Below are positions 43,446 to 56,059 of a DNA stretch of 64,000 bases, one piece after another. Where the stretch lies: the NCBI GenBank assembly GCA_020184695.1, contig JAANOX010000014.1, forward strand, positions 302,149 to 366,148. Direction: 5' to 3'. The position numbers and the translations under genes are program-made. The first letter of the stretch is position 1; the number at the start of each line of letters is the position of its first letter. The DNA comes from Histomonas meleagridis 2922-C6/04-290x (taxonomy: Eukaryota > Protista > Parabasalia). The notes beneath the pieces were generated by a model that worked only from the letters and a program-made list of their open reading frames with translations, was not told where the DNA came from and did not search any database.

Positions 43446-45173
43446 ATGTCCTCGAAAGCTCCTGAACTTCCAGAGGGATATACAATTGATTCCGAAGGTG
43501 TTTACCATGACCCAGATGGTAATGTTGTATCTAAGTCTAAAATCAAAGCAGTTTTAAAAGCACAAAAAATCGCTGCAAACAAAGCAAAGAAGCAAGCTCA
43601 ACAACCACCCAAAAAGCAAGGAGAATCAGAGAAGCTTGAGGAACTTGATGAAAAGCAATATTATGAACGCAGACTTGCATTAATTACTCAACAATTAAAA
43701 GCAGCTCGTGCAGATAAATCTCTTGTTTCTCCATACCCACACTACTTCCCAGTCTCACACTCCATTCCAAAATACATAGAAGAATTTAGTGGCTTACAAA
43801 ATGGAGAAGAAAAGCCTGAAATCCCAGTTAAAGTTGCTGGTCGTATTTACAACATCCGTAGCTACGGAAAACTTCATTTCCTTGATTTATATGATGGTGA
43901 AAAGAAACTTCAACTTCTTTGCCGTGCTCAAAGCTGGCATGACACCTCCAAATTCAAGGACGAATTTGCTCGCTTTTACCTTGGTGACATTGTTGGCGCC
44001 GAAGGTTTTCCATGCCGCACAAAGAATGGTGAGCTTTCAGTTTGCTGCACAAATCTTACCTTACTTACACCATGCCTTCATCAATTACCACATTCTGTTA
44101 AAGACACAGAAGTTAGGTATCGTCAACGTTTCCTTGATCTCATTGTTAATAGAAAGAATCGTGAAATCTTTGAAAAGCGTGCTACAATCATTCGTGAGTT
44201 TAGACATTTCCTTGATGATCATGGCTTTATCGAAGTTGAAACACCAATTATGTGGCAATCTGCAGGTGGTGCTACAGCCAAACCATTTATCACACATCAC
44301 AATAGCCTCGATATTGATCTTTGGCTTCGTGTTGCACCAGAACTTTTCTTAAAGATGTGCGTTGTTGGTGGTATGAACCGTGTTTATGAAATCGGTCGTA
44401 ACTTCCGTAATGAAGGAATGGATCCAACACATAACCCAGAATTCACATCATGTGAATTTTACATGGCTTATGCAGATTACAACTTCTTAATGAGTTTCAC
44501 TGAAGAACTTCTCAGGAACGTTGTAATGAAAGTTAAAGGATCACTTAAATTTGATATTGATACTCCAAATGGAAAGGTAGAAATTGATTTCGAAAAGCCT
44601 TTTGGTCGTATTGACATGATTGCAGAACTTAAGAAACATGTTGGTGAACTCCCACCACTTGAGGATACAGAGGAAACTCGTAAGTATCTTGATGACCTTT
44701 GCGTTAAGTATGATGTTGAAGTTACACCACCACGTTCTGTTTCAAGAATGCTTGATAAACTCGTTGGCCACTTTGTTGAACCACAATGCATTAATCCAAC
44801 ATTCTTAATGAACCATCCACAAGTTATGTCTCCACTTGCTAAATGGCATCGTGATCTCCCAGGACAAGTTGAGCGTTTCGAATTGTTCATAAATGGCTTA
44901 GAATACTGTAATGCTTACACAGAACTTAATGCACCAATGGTACAACGCGAACTTTTCCTTGATCAAATTAAGCAAAAGGAAGCTAATGATGACGAAGCAA
45001 TGCCATACGATGATACTTTCTGCACTGCTTTGGAATATGGACTTCCTCCAACTGCTGGATGGGGACTTGGTATTGATCGTCTTACAATGCTTCTTACTAA
45101 CCAAGAATCAATTCGTGAAGTTTTATTATATCCATTAATGAAACCTCTTGATTCAACTGAACAAAAACAATAA
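43446..45173 (+). CDS. KARS1: Lysyl-tRNA synthetase, class II, cytosolic
   Basis: [68 protein letters not shown] 43446 follows the Inr-like TCATTTT; ATG 43413 is an alternative start. Confidence 0.97.
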   Translation: MSSKAPELPEGYTIDSEGVYHDPDGNVVSKSKIKAVLKAQKIAANKAKKQAQQPPKKQGESEKLEELDEKQYYERRLALITQQLKAARADKSLVSPYPHYFPVSHSIPKYIEEFSGLQNGEEKPEIPVKVAGRIYNIRSYGKLHFLDLYDGEKKLQLLCRAQSWHDTSKFKDEFARFYLGDIVGAEGFPCRTKNGELSVCCTNLTLLTPCLHQLPHSVKDTEVRYRQRFLDLIVNRKNREIFEKRATIIREFRHFLDDHGFIEVETPIMWQSAGGATAKPFITHHNSLDIDLWLRVAPELFLKMCVVGGMNRVYEIGRNFRNEGMDPTHNPEFTSCEFYMAYADYNFLMSFTEELLRNVVMKVKGSLKFDIDTPNGKVEIDFEKPFGRIDMIAELKKHVGELPPLEDTEETRKYLDDLCVKYDVEVTPPRSVSRMLDKLVGHFVEPQCINPTFLMNHPQVMSPLAKWHRDLPGQVERFELFINGLEYCNAYTELNAPMVQRELFLDQIKQKEANDDEAMPYDDTFCTALEYGLPPTAGWGLGIDRLTMLLTNQESIREVLLYPLMKPLDSTEQKQ

Positions 45174-45569
45174 AACTCAAGAATTTTTTAATTAATTTTT
45201 TTCTAAGAAGAATATGGATTAAAACAAAAAAATTTTGGGCAGAACCAAAGTGACGTTCAGGGTACCCCACAGTAATAGGAACCGTTTATTTTTTATAACT
45301 TTGAAGAATTCTTCATAAACTTTTGCTCCTCAGTTCATTTTTTATTGAGAATACAATATATTTTCTTGCTATTATACATATAAATTATGTATGACATTGC
45401 CCAGAGGCACTCGAGTGCCACTTTTAATTCAATATGTATTCAAATTTTGGCAAAACGATCATGGCTAAAAAGTAACACTTTATAATAAAGCATTCAATAT
45501 TTACCTAAAACCGAAAGTGGCAAAAGGGTAAATTTTGTGTTGAAAATATGGTTGAATAAACCACTTTCA

Positions 45570-46130
45570 ATGAGTTCGAAACCTGAGAACCCCATTCCAA
45601 AGCAAGCACAAAATAATGCACCACCTAAAAAAAAGATTATTTATGATTACACTGGTGACCGTGGAAATTATGATATGGGAAATATTAATGAATATAAAAA
45701 AACAAATTTTAATTCACAAAAAAGTCATAATGCAAATAAAAGTAATGACTCTAATTGGAGATATGTGTCAGGCCAGCAGAGTGATAATTCAAATTATCAA
45801 CAAAAATTCAATAGAAAAGAAAACGATTCAATCCAAAACTCTAAATCTGTAGACTCTATGCAAAAGCATGTATATCAAACTGGTGACAGAAACAATCGTT
45901 CTAAATCAATGAAAACTTCTGAATCGATCGATCAAATGCCAAACAGAAAGCCATCTAATCAAAATTATAGAGATAGAAATAATAAAAAATATTATTCAAA
46001 CCCTAAGAAATATTCAGAAACGAATTCTAATACAAGTGATAGTCAACATCAAGTTTACAAACCCCCTCATAAAAGAGAACCTACTGTACAGACAGCAGCT
46101 GAGACAGAATGGCGGCCAACCTCAATATGA
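45570..46130 (+). CDS. Low-complexity N/S/K/Q-rich hypothetical protein
   Basis: ORF with ATG after CCACTTTCA; appears disordered; no domain recognised. Confidence 0.6.
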   Translation: MSSKPENPIPKQAQNNAPPKKKIIYDYTGDRGNYDMGNINEYKKTNFNSQKSHNANKSNDSNWRYVSGQQSDNSNYQQKFNRKENDSIQNSKSVDSMQKHVYQTGDRNNRSKSMKTSESIDQMPNRKPSNQNYRDRNNKKYYSNPKKYSETNSNTSDSQHQVYKPPHKREPTVQTAAETEWRPTSI

Positions 46131-46383
46131 TAAACAATAATAATTTGTGAGTTTTTCATTTTCAAAATTGAATTTTTGAACAAATACTTTTTATAAATAT
46201 TTTAGAATATTACCCTAAACTTTGAATTCTTAATGTGTCCTCCATCTCTAGGAGGGAGTTGAAATATAAGCATTTACTCTTTTGGTTTTGACTTTTACAT
46301 GAAAAAAAAATATCATAGATTTTTGGGGTACCTCAAAACCGATCATGGTTATTATTTCATATCATATTTCTGGCGACTTTTGA

Positions 46384-46842
46384 ATGTCATTGCCCCAAGA
46401 AGATCACCACATAGAAAATGAAGAAATCAAACGAAAGGCATACAAGAGGCTTTCAAAAGAAGAGTTGGCTGAAATCTTGCGATTGAAATCAGAAGGAATA
46501 CCTGTTTCAATATTGGCAGAAAGATTTTCTATTACTGAAAGACAAATCCATCGAATATTTAAGAACTCCCAATACACCTATGATTTAATGTCAGTAGAAC
46601 CTAAGTCTAAAAAGAAAGTTCAATCTATTATCCAAGAACAACATTCTGCTTACATTTACGAGGAACTATTAATTGACCCTCACGTATCATTAGACTTTCT
46701 CTCTGAAGGTTTGTTATACTTTTTTGGAGTGAAAGTTTCACATTCAACAATTTGGCGTCATATTCGTGGTGGTGGTCTAGAAGCTCACGGATTCCCTGGA
46801 TTCACAAAAGTATCTTCTCATGAAGTAGAAGATCAATGCTGA
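46384..46842 (+). CDS. Small double helix-turn-helix protein resembling the Tc1/IS630 transposase DNA-binding region, without a DDE domain
   Basis: YKRLSKEELAEILRL..EG.PVS.LAERF.ITERQIHRI (HTH1) and LSEGLLYFFGVKVSHSTIWRHIR (HTH2). Confidence 0.6.
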   Translation: MSLPQEDHHIENEEIKRKAYKRLSKEELAEILRLKSEGIPVSILAERFSITERQIHRIFKNSQYTYDLMSVEPKSKKKVQSIIQEQHSAYIYEELLIDPHVSLDFLSEGLLYFFGVKVSHSTIWRHIRGGGLEAHGFPGFTKVSSHEVEDQC

Positions 46843-48060
46843 TAAAATTGTGTTAAAAGAATAATAATTTTAATTGGAAAATAGTTTTTTAATCATATTT
46901 GGAATATAGATAGGCCATCATGATGTTAAAACGCAAGAATAAAAGAAATCGCATCGGCCAATCCTTAAAAAAAGTAGATTGAAAAAAATTGGGAAATCGT
47001 TTTTTGCTACAAACAAACCTTGTCAATTTTACCAGCAAAATAATTATGTGAAATAAACTCTTTTATGGAAATGTTCTACGAATCTATTCAAAGCAATTCA
47101 AGAGAATCTGTGACATATTTTTTGTAATTAATTTAAAAATAAACCATAAATCAATAATAACTGAAATTCTATAATTTTTATATTTTAAAAACAATCTGGC
47201 AAAATAAACATATTCTGATGAATTTTTTGATTTTTATTAATTTTCTATCATCACTTAAACAAAAATCTGTTTTCAAATTGAGAAAAAAATATAAAGATCA
47301 AATTGAAAATTTCGGAATCATTTTTTCCAAAATATATATTTTTTAAGTCCAATCTTAATTATTTTTGAAGTATATGATATTTTATAGATGGTGGTTCTTG
47401 AAATCTTCAGGATGATTTTTTTTTCATTCAATTTTCTTTATTATATTATCACTTTATTTCAAACCGTATCTAAAAATTTCTCTGAAGTGGCGATAGTCTT
47501 TTTTTTTTCTATAATATCGAGATAAAGTAAATATTAAAATATATATATCATATTTTTTAATTTTAATGATTTACCAAGATATTTATATTCTGATGGTCAA
47601 AAAGTGCTCAAAAATTGGTTTTTTATGTGTTTTTTGTTATGTGATCATTTTCAATCAAAACTGTGGTAATTAAAAATGTTTTATTTGTTTTCGCAAATAG
47701 ATTGGTTAAAGAAAATATATAACTTCAATTATTCGATTTAATTATAAAAATTTAAGAGATGAATAAAACTAAACGCTTTTATGTGTCAAATAATCTATAA
47801 TTGATTAGAATGATTTTCATATATATGGTTTTGCATAATATGCATTTTTGATTGAAAAATATAAGATTTTTATTTTTTTGATGAAAAAAAAATTCATATG
47901 AATTTTTTCCACACACTATATATGGTATGTATATTATTAATTTAAATTTTCTAAGGGATCTGTGGGAACAATTTTTTTATCTCCCTTTCGAAAATAATGC
48001 TAAATAAGAAATTTCAGAAAGATTAAAATTAAAAATCAAAAATATATTAAATTCATCTTT

Positions 48061-51000
48061 TTAATTATATCTGTTTGATAATTTTTGATTTCTTAAATGT
48101 GGATAATTTGCATAAAATGTATCCAATTCGCTTTGACTTACACTCTCTCCTCGAACGAATTTCCTATAGTCAGGTGCTTCTACCCAATGTTTACTATTAT
48201 CCATGTGTTGATAACATTCAGTTGAAGAATTAAACAAAGCTCCGCAATAATAACAAAAATGTTTTCCGCAACTGCATGCAATGTGATTACATGCCATTGT
48301 TTTCTCCACAATTTTATTACAGTTTCCACAAATTCTATAACCACACGGAACAGATGTTGAGAGATTACAACAATTAATTTTATGCCATTGATTACATTCA
48401 GGACATAAAGCAAAATTACATCCAGTAGAAATACATTTCATAAATGTATGTGATGGAGGTGCCTTAAGTAATATAGTAGGATGATTCGGACAAAATGTTA
48501 TAAAAGGAGAAGATTTTAATGTTCTTATAGCATAAGCAGTAATGAATGCTCTTGCGACATTAGCAACATCGTTATCATTAATAAATGCCCATAACATTTG
48601 GCCTATAGGAATTATAGGATAAAAACAATCGGAATCTTCATAAGTTTCGAGTATTTGTATTGGTTGAACTAAATTTGTGTTTTCATACATTTTATCGATA
48701 CGAATCCTATCTGTGTCTTTATCATACATTTGACCAAGTTCATAAATTAATGAATTTCTTATACAATTTCTACAATAATTTCGATTTTTAATGACACCAT
48801 TTTTATAATACACATTAATTAATTGTTTCGATAATAACGCATTTTCTTCACACAACTCGATATAATCACCAAGAATTTCATCACCATTAACCATAGAAGT
48901 AGAATTTGTTGTTGATTCATTATCTTTAAATCGATATTTATTTATAAATGTTTTGATTTTCTTATCATTGATTTCATTTGGTACTGAAATAGTTTTATTT
49001 TTAATGTCTACAAACCATTTATTGCCACCTGATTTATTTCTTATTTTAATAGCTAATGATAATGATTGAATATTAATACCACCAGGAATTGATATAGTTT
49101 TATATGGAAATATTGGTGGTGAATCATGTAATAATTCTAATGCTAATTTAATTTGATCAGGTTTACCAACCCATTTATTACCATTTTGCATGATTTCTAA
49201 ATCATGAAGTTGAAGCCAATTCTTGAAGATATTAATAATCTTTCTGTCTTTAAATAATGCATTATTAACAACAGAATTTGGTATTTTAAGTATTTCGACT
49301 CCTTCTCCAAAGATTTCATCAGTAAACATTCCTGCTAATGGTATAGAAAATTCGGCTGTATACATATAAGTTATAACATTACCTTGATATAATGAATTTT
49401 TATTGATTATATTCTCATGATAAGGTGATATATGATATATAATTGCACCAAATTGTTTTGTTATTTGATAAACTTTTGTTGTAAATTCTTCCTTTGTCAA
49501 ATTAGAATCAACTGAATGTTTAAAATCGACTTCATAAATTGGTACAATTTGTGTTTTTAGAGGTGCATTCACATTAACAAAACCTGGAAGATCATTTTGA
49601 ATAAATTTACTTATATATTCATTTAATTCTGTTTCATTCATTTTTTCATTAACATCTATTGCAATTTCATGTTCTTTATTAATTGTTTTTAATTTTTTAA
49701 TTTCACTTAAATTAGAATTTTTATATTTTATTGCTGCTTCATATACACTATAAATCGGAAAATCCTTTTTAAGTTGTTCATCCCATTGCGTAGGTAAATG
49801 ATTTAATTGGTTTTGAAGAGAATTTGTTTCTTCTTTATTTGATGAATTATATCCTTGTTGTTTTCTTAGTTGACGTAATTGATATAATCTATCTTGAATT
49901 CTTAAATATTCAATATAATCATTTGGCACTTCATCAACTTTAACTTTTAATCTTTTTATATTATATTTATTAAATTTTGGACCATTAATTTGAAATGATT
50001 TTAAGTCAACTTGTTGAACTAAATGACTACCATTAATACAACCCATTGCAAATTTATCAAACATTGCTTCAATTGAACGATTTTTAGTAATTGTAGAATA
50101 ATAATTTTCATCTTCACCAAGTAAAACAGGATAATTACCATCAATTTTAATTTCAGAATTACCATTAGCATATTGAAAGAAAACTCTTTTACCACATGAT
50201 TTAACACTAATTAAATCAGGACATATTGTATTAACTACATTACATATATAATCACTTGGTGCATATTCTGCATAAATTGCATTTTTAGTCCAAGGAATCG
50301 GAGTTTGATTAGGGATTGGCGTTTCAGATATAATTATTAAATGTGAATATCCATAAGTATCTTTATCACTAAATACATAATTAAGTTTTGGATTAATTGT
50401 AGGTCTTTTATTTACATTATGATTTATATTCCTTTGAACAAGTGAAAATGAAAAAATTTCACCTGTAATTGCTATATGTAATTTATTTTCGTATGTATTA
50501 AGTTTATTAATATTATTTATCATATAATCTAAAGTACTTTTTGTTATTTGATATGGGTAACATTTATTATCTTTAAAGAAATATACACTTGAATTATATT
50601 TATCAGATCCAATTGATTCTACTGATATACAACATTGTAAAATAGGATGAGGAATTAATATTGATGATGGTGCATAAGGTAAAAGTTTTGTTACTTCTTT
50701 TACTGCAATTTGAAATATTTCATCACTTTCCTTATTTAATGGTGCATAAGTAATAACTCCTTTATCTTGAAATTCGGAAATATAAAAAAGAACTTTCCCA
50801 CTTTCAGAACCTGTATGTCTAAATGAATTAAATTTATGGAATCCTGATTCAATATATTCTAGAAGATAAGCTTCAAGTAAAGGAGAAACATAATGTTCTT
50901 GTGTATATATTGAATAATCAACACATATAGTTTTAGGTTTATAAATTTTATAATCATTATTTGTAGTGTATGGTTCTTCTTCAAGATTACGATGTACAAA

Positions 51001-54000
51001 TGAACCGAAATTAATTTTCATGCTTTCATTATGTGAAACATTAAATATATAAGCAGAACCTGGACATGATAAACCTTTTGAACCTGGTCGAATTGCCAAT
51101 GAAATTTCTGATTGCGTTTGTTCTTTATCAAATACTATATCTTTTCCTCCAATATAAACTATTAATGGAGTAGTAGTAATATTTTCTATTGTATAAAATC
51201 TAGCTTTTCGACAATCAATCCATTCTTTTTTAGCAATCTGAATGTTATTAATGATTTCTTGAATGAAATTCATTATATCAAATTTATTACATACGTCTCT
51301 AAGTTGTGAAAATATTTTATCATCTTTATTAAATCCTAAATTTTCAGCAATATTATTAACTGTACCTAAAACTTGTATTACAGTTTTCGAATTTAATCCA
51401 TAAGAAGTCGCTTGAATTTTCCATGTAGAAGGTTTTAATTTTGTAAGATCTAAAAGAGTTTTAAGTATAGTAATTATATCAGAATCATCACAAAAATTAT
51501 CTTGAAGTGGTTTAGAATATGGATTTACTACAAGATCATTTGAATTAAATATTAATACTATTAAAGAACCTAAAACTTCAAAAAGACTTTGCACATTATA
51601 ATATTTAGAAGATGCTTCAATGATAGCAAATGATAAAAATGGAGAAAGTGAATTAAATTTAGAAATTTTTTCACCAGTTTTTGTAATACTTTTAGTCGTA
51701 TAATCAATTGCATTAAATGAATATAATTCATTTATAAATTGATTAAGTTTAATTGGATCAATTTTTTCAGGTAAATTATCTATATCTTCAAGATTAATAC
51801 CAATTTTACGTAATGATAATATATTAATACTAATATCAGAGGTTTGAATATCTGGTGGTAATGATTCTTTAAATGGCATATCCTTAATTGATATTTGGAT
51901 GGAAATACCTGGTTGTATTCTACCTACACGTCCTGCACGTTGTGCTTGACTTTGTAATGATATTGTTTCTTCAGATAGTGTTGTTAAACCTTTAATTGGA
52001 TCAAAGTTTGGCTGATTAAAAATTCCTGTATCTACTACAACAGATAAATCTTCAATTGTTAATGATGATTCTATTGCATTAGTTGCCATAATAACTTTAA
52101 TTATATTCTTATGATCTTTAATTGGATTTTTAGCAATTTCTTTTTGTGTTATTGAAACAAAACTTAAGAATTTAATTGGGATAATAAATAATGTTTTCTC
52201 ATTATTCTTTGTAAGTGAATCAATTTTAGAATTAAATTCTTTTATGTCATTAAATGATATATCAGTAATAAGACGAATTTTATTTTGTTTATTTTCATTT
52301 GATGATTGAACTAAGTCACTTAAATATTTATCAATTTCATTAATTCGTGAATTACCTGAAGAAAATATTAATATATGCCCAACATTAATTTCATTGTTTG
52401 CCATTTTTTGTATTATATCAAATGTTTGGTTTGCTGCAAGTTTTGAAACATCATTTTTTCTTTTTGCTATTAATTTAATTGTTTGAACAGGGAATAATTG
52501 CGTTTCTTTCATTATAAGTTGTTTAACATTACCAAAACAATGTAATACATGATAATCAGGTGTTGCAGACATCATTAAAACTTGTAATGGAAATGTATTT
52601 CTTGAAAGCATTTGTTTTGATAACATAGCTATAAGTACATCAGTATCAACACTTCTTTCATGAATTTCATCAAGACAAAACCTTGTTCTTGAAATAATAT
52701 CAATTCCATACTTATTAGCTTTTGTTAAAAGTCGTAAAACATTATGAGGTGAAAATAATGCTACAATTGGTACTTGGAATGAAGATTTTTTATAAAGCTT
52801 TAACATTTCTGGAACACTATCTATAAGTATAACATTATTATCTAATATTTGTTGGAAATCTTTCATTTTATCAGCTATAATTGAAGCACTTGGCTGTGTC
52901 ATAATGAAAAATGGATATTTTAAATTATCCATTAATGCTTTGATTGAGAAGAAAAATGGTGCACACCTTGTTTTACCACTTCCAGTAGAACTTTTGAAAA
53001 TAACAAAAGGATCAGCATTAAATAGAAATTCGTCATGCATTTCATATACTGAATAAATCCTTGTATATGATGATTGATCTTCTGATGGTGAAAATACAAG
53101 TTTAAATAAAAGATTTTCAATTTCTTTAATTTTAGGATTGCTTTGATTATTCATAAAATTACAATATGTAGTTACTGCATTACAAACTTTCGTAGTATTA
53201 TCTATGAAAAGATCAATTTGTTCTGATTTAGCTTCATTAAACTTAAACTTAATTAAATTTTCAAATGATCTTAAAATTAATTGAATTTGTATTACGCTAT
53301 TAGTGTTGTTTTTAATAAATTTGCTATATAATAAAAATACATTGCTACAAATTTGTAATAAATGATTTATTTTTTGTTGTTTCTTAATATTATTTATATT
53401 TTTAAGATATTGTAAGACATTGAAAAGTTTTTTAGAAATTTTATTTGGATCAATCATATATTGAGATATAAAAACATTGCATTTGTTCTCTAACTGAGGA
53501 GATACTTTAATACAATTAAAAAGTTGATTAATTAATTGTTTTACTTGTTGAAATTCCTTTTTTTCAATTTTATATTTTCCTTTAATTCTAATAATTTCAT
53601 TAATGAAATTATTTCTTATTGGATATGAATAATTAAGCATAGATATTAATGATTTTATATTTCTAGTACTTAAATCTTGGAAATCAGGTGAAAGAAGAAT
53701 TTGTTCATAATTTTTTTCATCTTTTGAAAGTGGTTCAATTTCAAGTAAAAGTTGATATAATTCATCATATGAAATTTTTGGAAAATTCGAAATAAGTTTG
53801 TTAACATCTTCAATTAATTTGTTTGATATATCACCAATACTTAAACTTTTAGACATTTCATCAATATCAAAGCCTTGAGCATATTGAATTATAAATCCAG
53901 CATCTTGTAATTGTTGAATTTCATCTAAAGCATTTTGAGCAAATTTAAGGTTAAGATCAGGATTAATAGGAAGTGATAATATTGTAAACTTAGATGATAT

Positions 54001-55269
54001 TATTTGTGACATTGATATATTTTTAGGTAAATCAAAACTTGCTGGTTTATATTTTGCAAATGATGGCATTCTATGATTTCCTTTTTCTGGATCAATATTC
54101 CTTTCAATAGAATCAACATTAATAGCAATTTTAAGAGCTAAAAATAAAATTTTATCTTCATCTTTTGATTGTTGATCAATGTTTTCATTAATTTTTAATT
54201 GTGGATTAATTTTATTCTTATTTTGTTGATAGACTTGATCTGACATTAAAATTGTATTATTATTAATTTCCTTAATTTCTATATTTGTTATAAGTATACC
54301 AAAAGTTGTACCATATCCATAAAAACCAAAGAATTCTCCTGTTATATATGAATAACCATCATAAAATTTATCAAACATTGGCATAATATAAATATTTTCA
54401 TCTTCTTCATTAGGAATATAAACAACATTAGTTAATGGATGGTTCTTTATAAAGAAATAAGGAGTTTGATAACATTTTTGTAATGATTTTTGTGACTTAA
54501 AAAATAATCCAATTGTTTTCGGTGCAGCTATAAGAATTGGAACAAGCATAAATTCAGTAGCAGCCTTAAATGCTGCACATATAACTTGACCACATGTAAG
54601 ATATTTTGCATTCCAATCGGAACTCCGAATAACTTTGGGTCGAAAATTTGTATTTGACTTTCCTAAAAATAAACTTACTAAATAATCATAATTTCGTGGA
54701 TATCTTTTTGGAAAAATGTATCCGATATCTATATCAATTGCTTTAATGTCTTTTGATTGAGTATACTTTTGTAGCTTTTTAACTTTTTCATTTCCTTTTG
54801 TATAAAATGGCGTTTCTTTTATGAATTTAATTATCGCATTATTTTGGTTACTATTGTGAATGATTAAAACACCTTTTTTAGAACATATAATAAATAAGGA
54901 AATGAAAGTTTGTAGTGTCCATTCAATTTCAATTAAGACTTGATTTTGTTTATGACGAGTAAGATATTTTTGTAGATTAGAATCTGATGAATCAGTATAT
55001 ATTACAGGAACTTTAGCCCTTGGAAAAAAGTCAACAACAATCTCTTGATTCATTGGCCATGAATATTTGGAAAACGAATTTGATGAAGGACCTTTTCCAC
55101 CTGGAAAATTAATGAAGGATGGTAGCTTTGCAATGGGAAGTTGTTTATTTGGGGATTTCTGTGATTGTTTTTCATGATATCGAAGTGAATAATTCGGATT
55201 TTGGTCTTTAAATGGGGTCTTTCCCTGAAAATATCTTTTTTGTGTATGATTACTCTTCGGAGTGTTCAT
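48061..55269 (-). CDS. 2402-aa fusion: degenerate 3'-5' exonuclease-like domain + DEAH/RHA helicase + RBR (IBR-RING2) E3 ligase
   Basis: Helicase motifs TGSGKT, DEIHER, MSAT, ATNAIESSLT..VVDTG and QRAGRVGR. IBR CPNH...CPECNQWH. RING2 CGNCNKIVEKTMACNHIACSCGKHFCYYC. N-terminal IEIEW and SDWNAKYLT.GQV.CAAFKA. Confidence 0.88.
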   Translation of the reverse strand: MNTPKSNHTQKRYFQGKTPFKDQNPNYSLRYHEKQSQKSPNKQLPIAKLPSFINFPGGKGPSSNSFSKYSWPMNQEIVVDFFPRAKVPVIYTDSSDSNLQKYLTRHKQNQVLIEIEWTLQTFISLFIICSKKGVLIIHNSNQNNAIIKFIKETPFYTKGNEKVKKLQKYTQSKDIKAIDIDIGYIFPKRYPRNYDYLVSLFLGKSNTNFRPKVIRSSDWNAKYLTCGQVICAAFKAATEFMLVPILIAAPKTIGLFFKSQKSLQKCYQTPYFFIKNHPLTNVVYIPNEEDENIYIMPMFDKFYDGYSYITGEFFGFYGYGTTFGILITNIEIKEINNNTILMSDQVYQQNKNKINPQLKINENIDQQSKDEDKILFLALKIAINVDSIERNIDPEKGNHRMPSFAKYKPASFDLPKNISMSQIISSKFTILSLPINPDLNLKFAQNALDEIQQLQDAGFIIQYAQGFDIDEMSKSLSIGDISNKLIEDVNKLISNFPKISYDELYQLLLEIEPLSKDEKNYEQILLSPDFQDLSTRNIKSLISMLNYSYPIRNNFINEIIRIKGKYKIEKKEFQQVKQLINQLFNCIKVSPQLENKCNVFISQYMIDPNKISKKLFNVLQYLKNINNIKKQQKINHLLQICSNVFLLYSKFIKNNTNSVIQIQLILRSFENLIKFKFNEAKSEQIDLFIDNTTKVCNAVTTYCNFMNNQSNPKIKEIENLLFKLVFSPSEDQSSYTRIYSVYEMHDEFLFNADPFVIFKSSTGSGKTRCAPFFFSIKALMDNLKYPFFIMTQPSASIIADKMKDFQQILDNNVILIDSVPEMLKLYKKSSFQVPIVALFSPHNVLRLLTKANKYGIDIISRTRFCLDEIHERSVDTDVLIAMLSKQMLSRNTFPLQVLMMSATPDYHVLHCFGNVKQLIMKETQLFPVQTIKLIAKRKNDVSKLAANQTFDIIQKMANNEINVGHILIFSSGNSRINEIDKYLSDLVQSSNENKQNKIRLITDISFNDIKEFNSKIDSLTKNNEKTLFIIPIKFLSFVSITQKEIAKNPIKDHKNIIKVIMATNAIESSLTIEDLSVVVDTGIFNQPNFDPIKGLTTLSEETISLQSQAQRAGRVGRIQPGISIQISIKDMPFKESLPPDIQTSDISINILSLRKIGINLEDIDNLPEKIDPIKLNQFINELYSFNAIDYTTKSITKTGEKISKFNSLSPFLSFAIIEASSKYYNVQSLFEVLGSLIVLIFNSNDLVVNPYSKPLQDNFCDDSDIITILKTLLDLTKLKPSTWKIQATSYGLNSKTVIQVLGTVNNIAENLGFNKDDKIFSQLRDVCNKFDIMNFIQEIINNIQIAKKEWIDCRKARFYTIENITTTPLIVYIGGKDIVFDKEQTQSEISLAIRPGSKGLSCPGSAYIFNVSHNESMKINFGSFVHRNLEEEPYTTNNDYKIYKPKTICVDYSIYTQEHYVSPLLEAYLLEYIESGFHKFNSFRHTGSESGKVLFYISEFQDKGVITYAPLNKESDEIFQIAVKEVTKLLPYAPSSILIPHPILQCCISVESIGSDKYNSSVYFFKDNKCYPYQITKSTLDYMINNINKLNTYENKLHIAITGEIFSFSLVQRNINHNVNKRPTINPKLNYVFSDKDTYGYSHLIIISETPIPNQTPIPWTKNAIYAEYAPSDYICNVVNTICPDLISVKSCGKRVFFQYANGNSEIKIDGNYPVLLGEDENYYSTITKNRSIEAMFDKFAMGCINGSHLVQQVDLKSFQINGPKFNKYNIKRLKVKVDEVPNDYIEYLRIQDRLYQLRQLRKQQGYNSSNKEETNSLQNQLNHLPTQWDEQLKKDFPIYSVYEAAIKYKNSNLSEIKKLKTINKEHEIAIDVNEKMNETELNEYISKFIQNDLPGFVNVNAPLKTQIVPIYEVDFKHSVDSNLTKEEFTTKVYQITKQFGAIIYHISPYHENIINKNSLYQGNVITYMYTAEFSIPLAGMFTDEIFGEGVEILKIPNSVVNNALFKDRKIINIFKNWLQLHDLEIMQNGNKWVGKPDQIKLALELLHDSPPIFPYKTISIPGGINIQSLSLAIKIRNKSGGNKWFVDIKNKTISVPNEINDKKIKTFINKYRFKDNESTTNSTSMVNGDEILGDYIELCEENALLSKQLINVYYKNGVIKNRNYCRNCIRNSLIYELGQMYDKDTDRIRIDKMYENTNLVQPIQILETYEDSDCFYPIIPIGQMLWAFINDNDVANVARAFITAYAIRTLKSSPFITFCPNHPTILLKAPPSHTFMKCISTGCNFALCPECNQWHKINCCNLSTSVPCGYRICGNCNKIVEKTMACNHIACSCGKHFCYYCGALFNSSTECYQHMDNSKHWVEAPDYRKFVRGESVSQSELDTFYANYPHLRNQKLSNRYN

Positions 55270-56059
55270 AAATTAATGAAAAGACAAGCGAACCTCATTT
55301 GTTCTTCACAAAAATCTATGCCAAATTCAAAAAAAAATTTATCGTTTTTTTGGCAAAGAATATGAACGATAAAGAAACGGCCATCACTTGGCCAAGTAAT
55401 AGACATATTTCGTGAAAATTTTGTTTCAATAGGAAAATATTGTAGGATTTTTCAAATATGATAAACTGGTGAAAATAATACGGCATTAAGATAGATTGAA
55501 AAATGAGAGGAAGGTATGTAAAATTCTCATAATTTAAATATGGATTTTTGTCGATTTATTTTCGATAATCTCTTTTTCACTCAATAATATTTATTGATAA
55601 ATTTTCTAAATTTTTCCCCAATATTTCTGGCTGCTTCTTTCTTACACATGTGTGCCAGTGTTCTGTTTTAGGAGGTCGATACTGAAATCTCATTTCGGTT
55701 CTAATTTTTGAAACATATTGTGGCGAAATTGATTGATGAAAAATTTATTCTATTTGTTGTGATAATTTGACTGATGTTAATGATGTGTCTTGAAGTGTTA
55801 TAATTGCTATATATTATCTTATTTGATTATTAATTACTTGAGGATTACACGACACAGCACAACTACATGGGTATATATACGATTAACATATGTAATGTGT
55901 AATGTAAGTAATGTGATAATAAATCGCTATAGGAGTGAAAGTTATGAAGGGGTAGTGATGTATTACTAACATAACAATAATACATCATTATAAAGAAGTT
56001 ATCATTATAAAAAAGTTATCATTATAAAAACATCATTATAAAGACATCTATTTCTCCCC

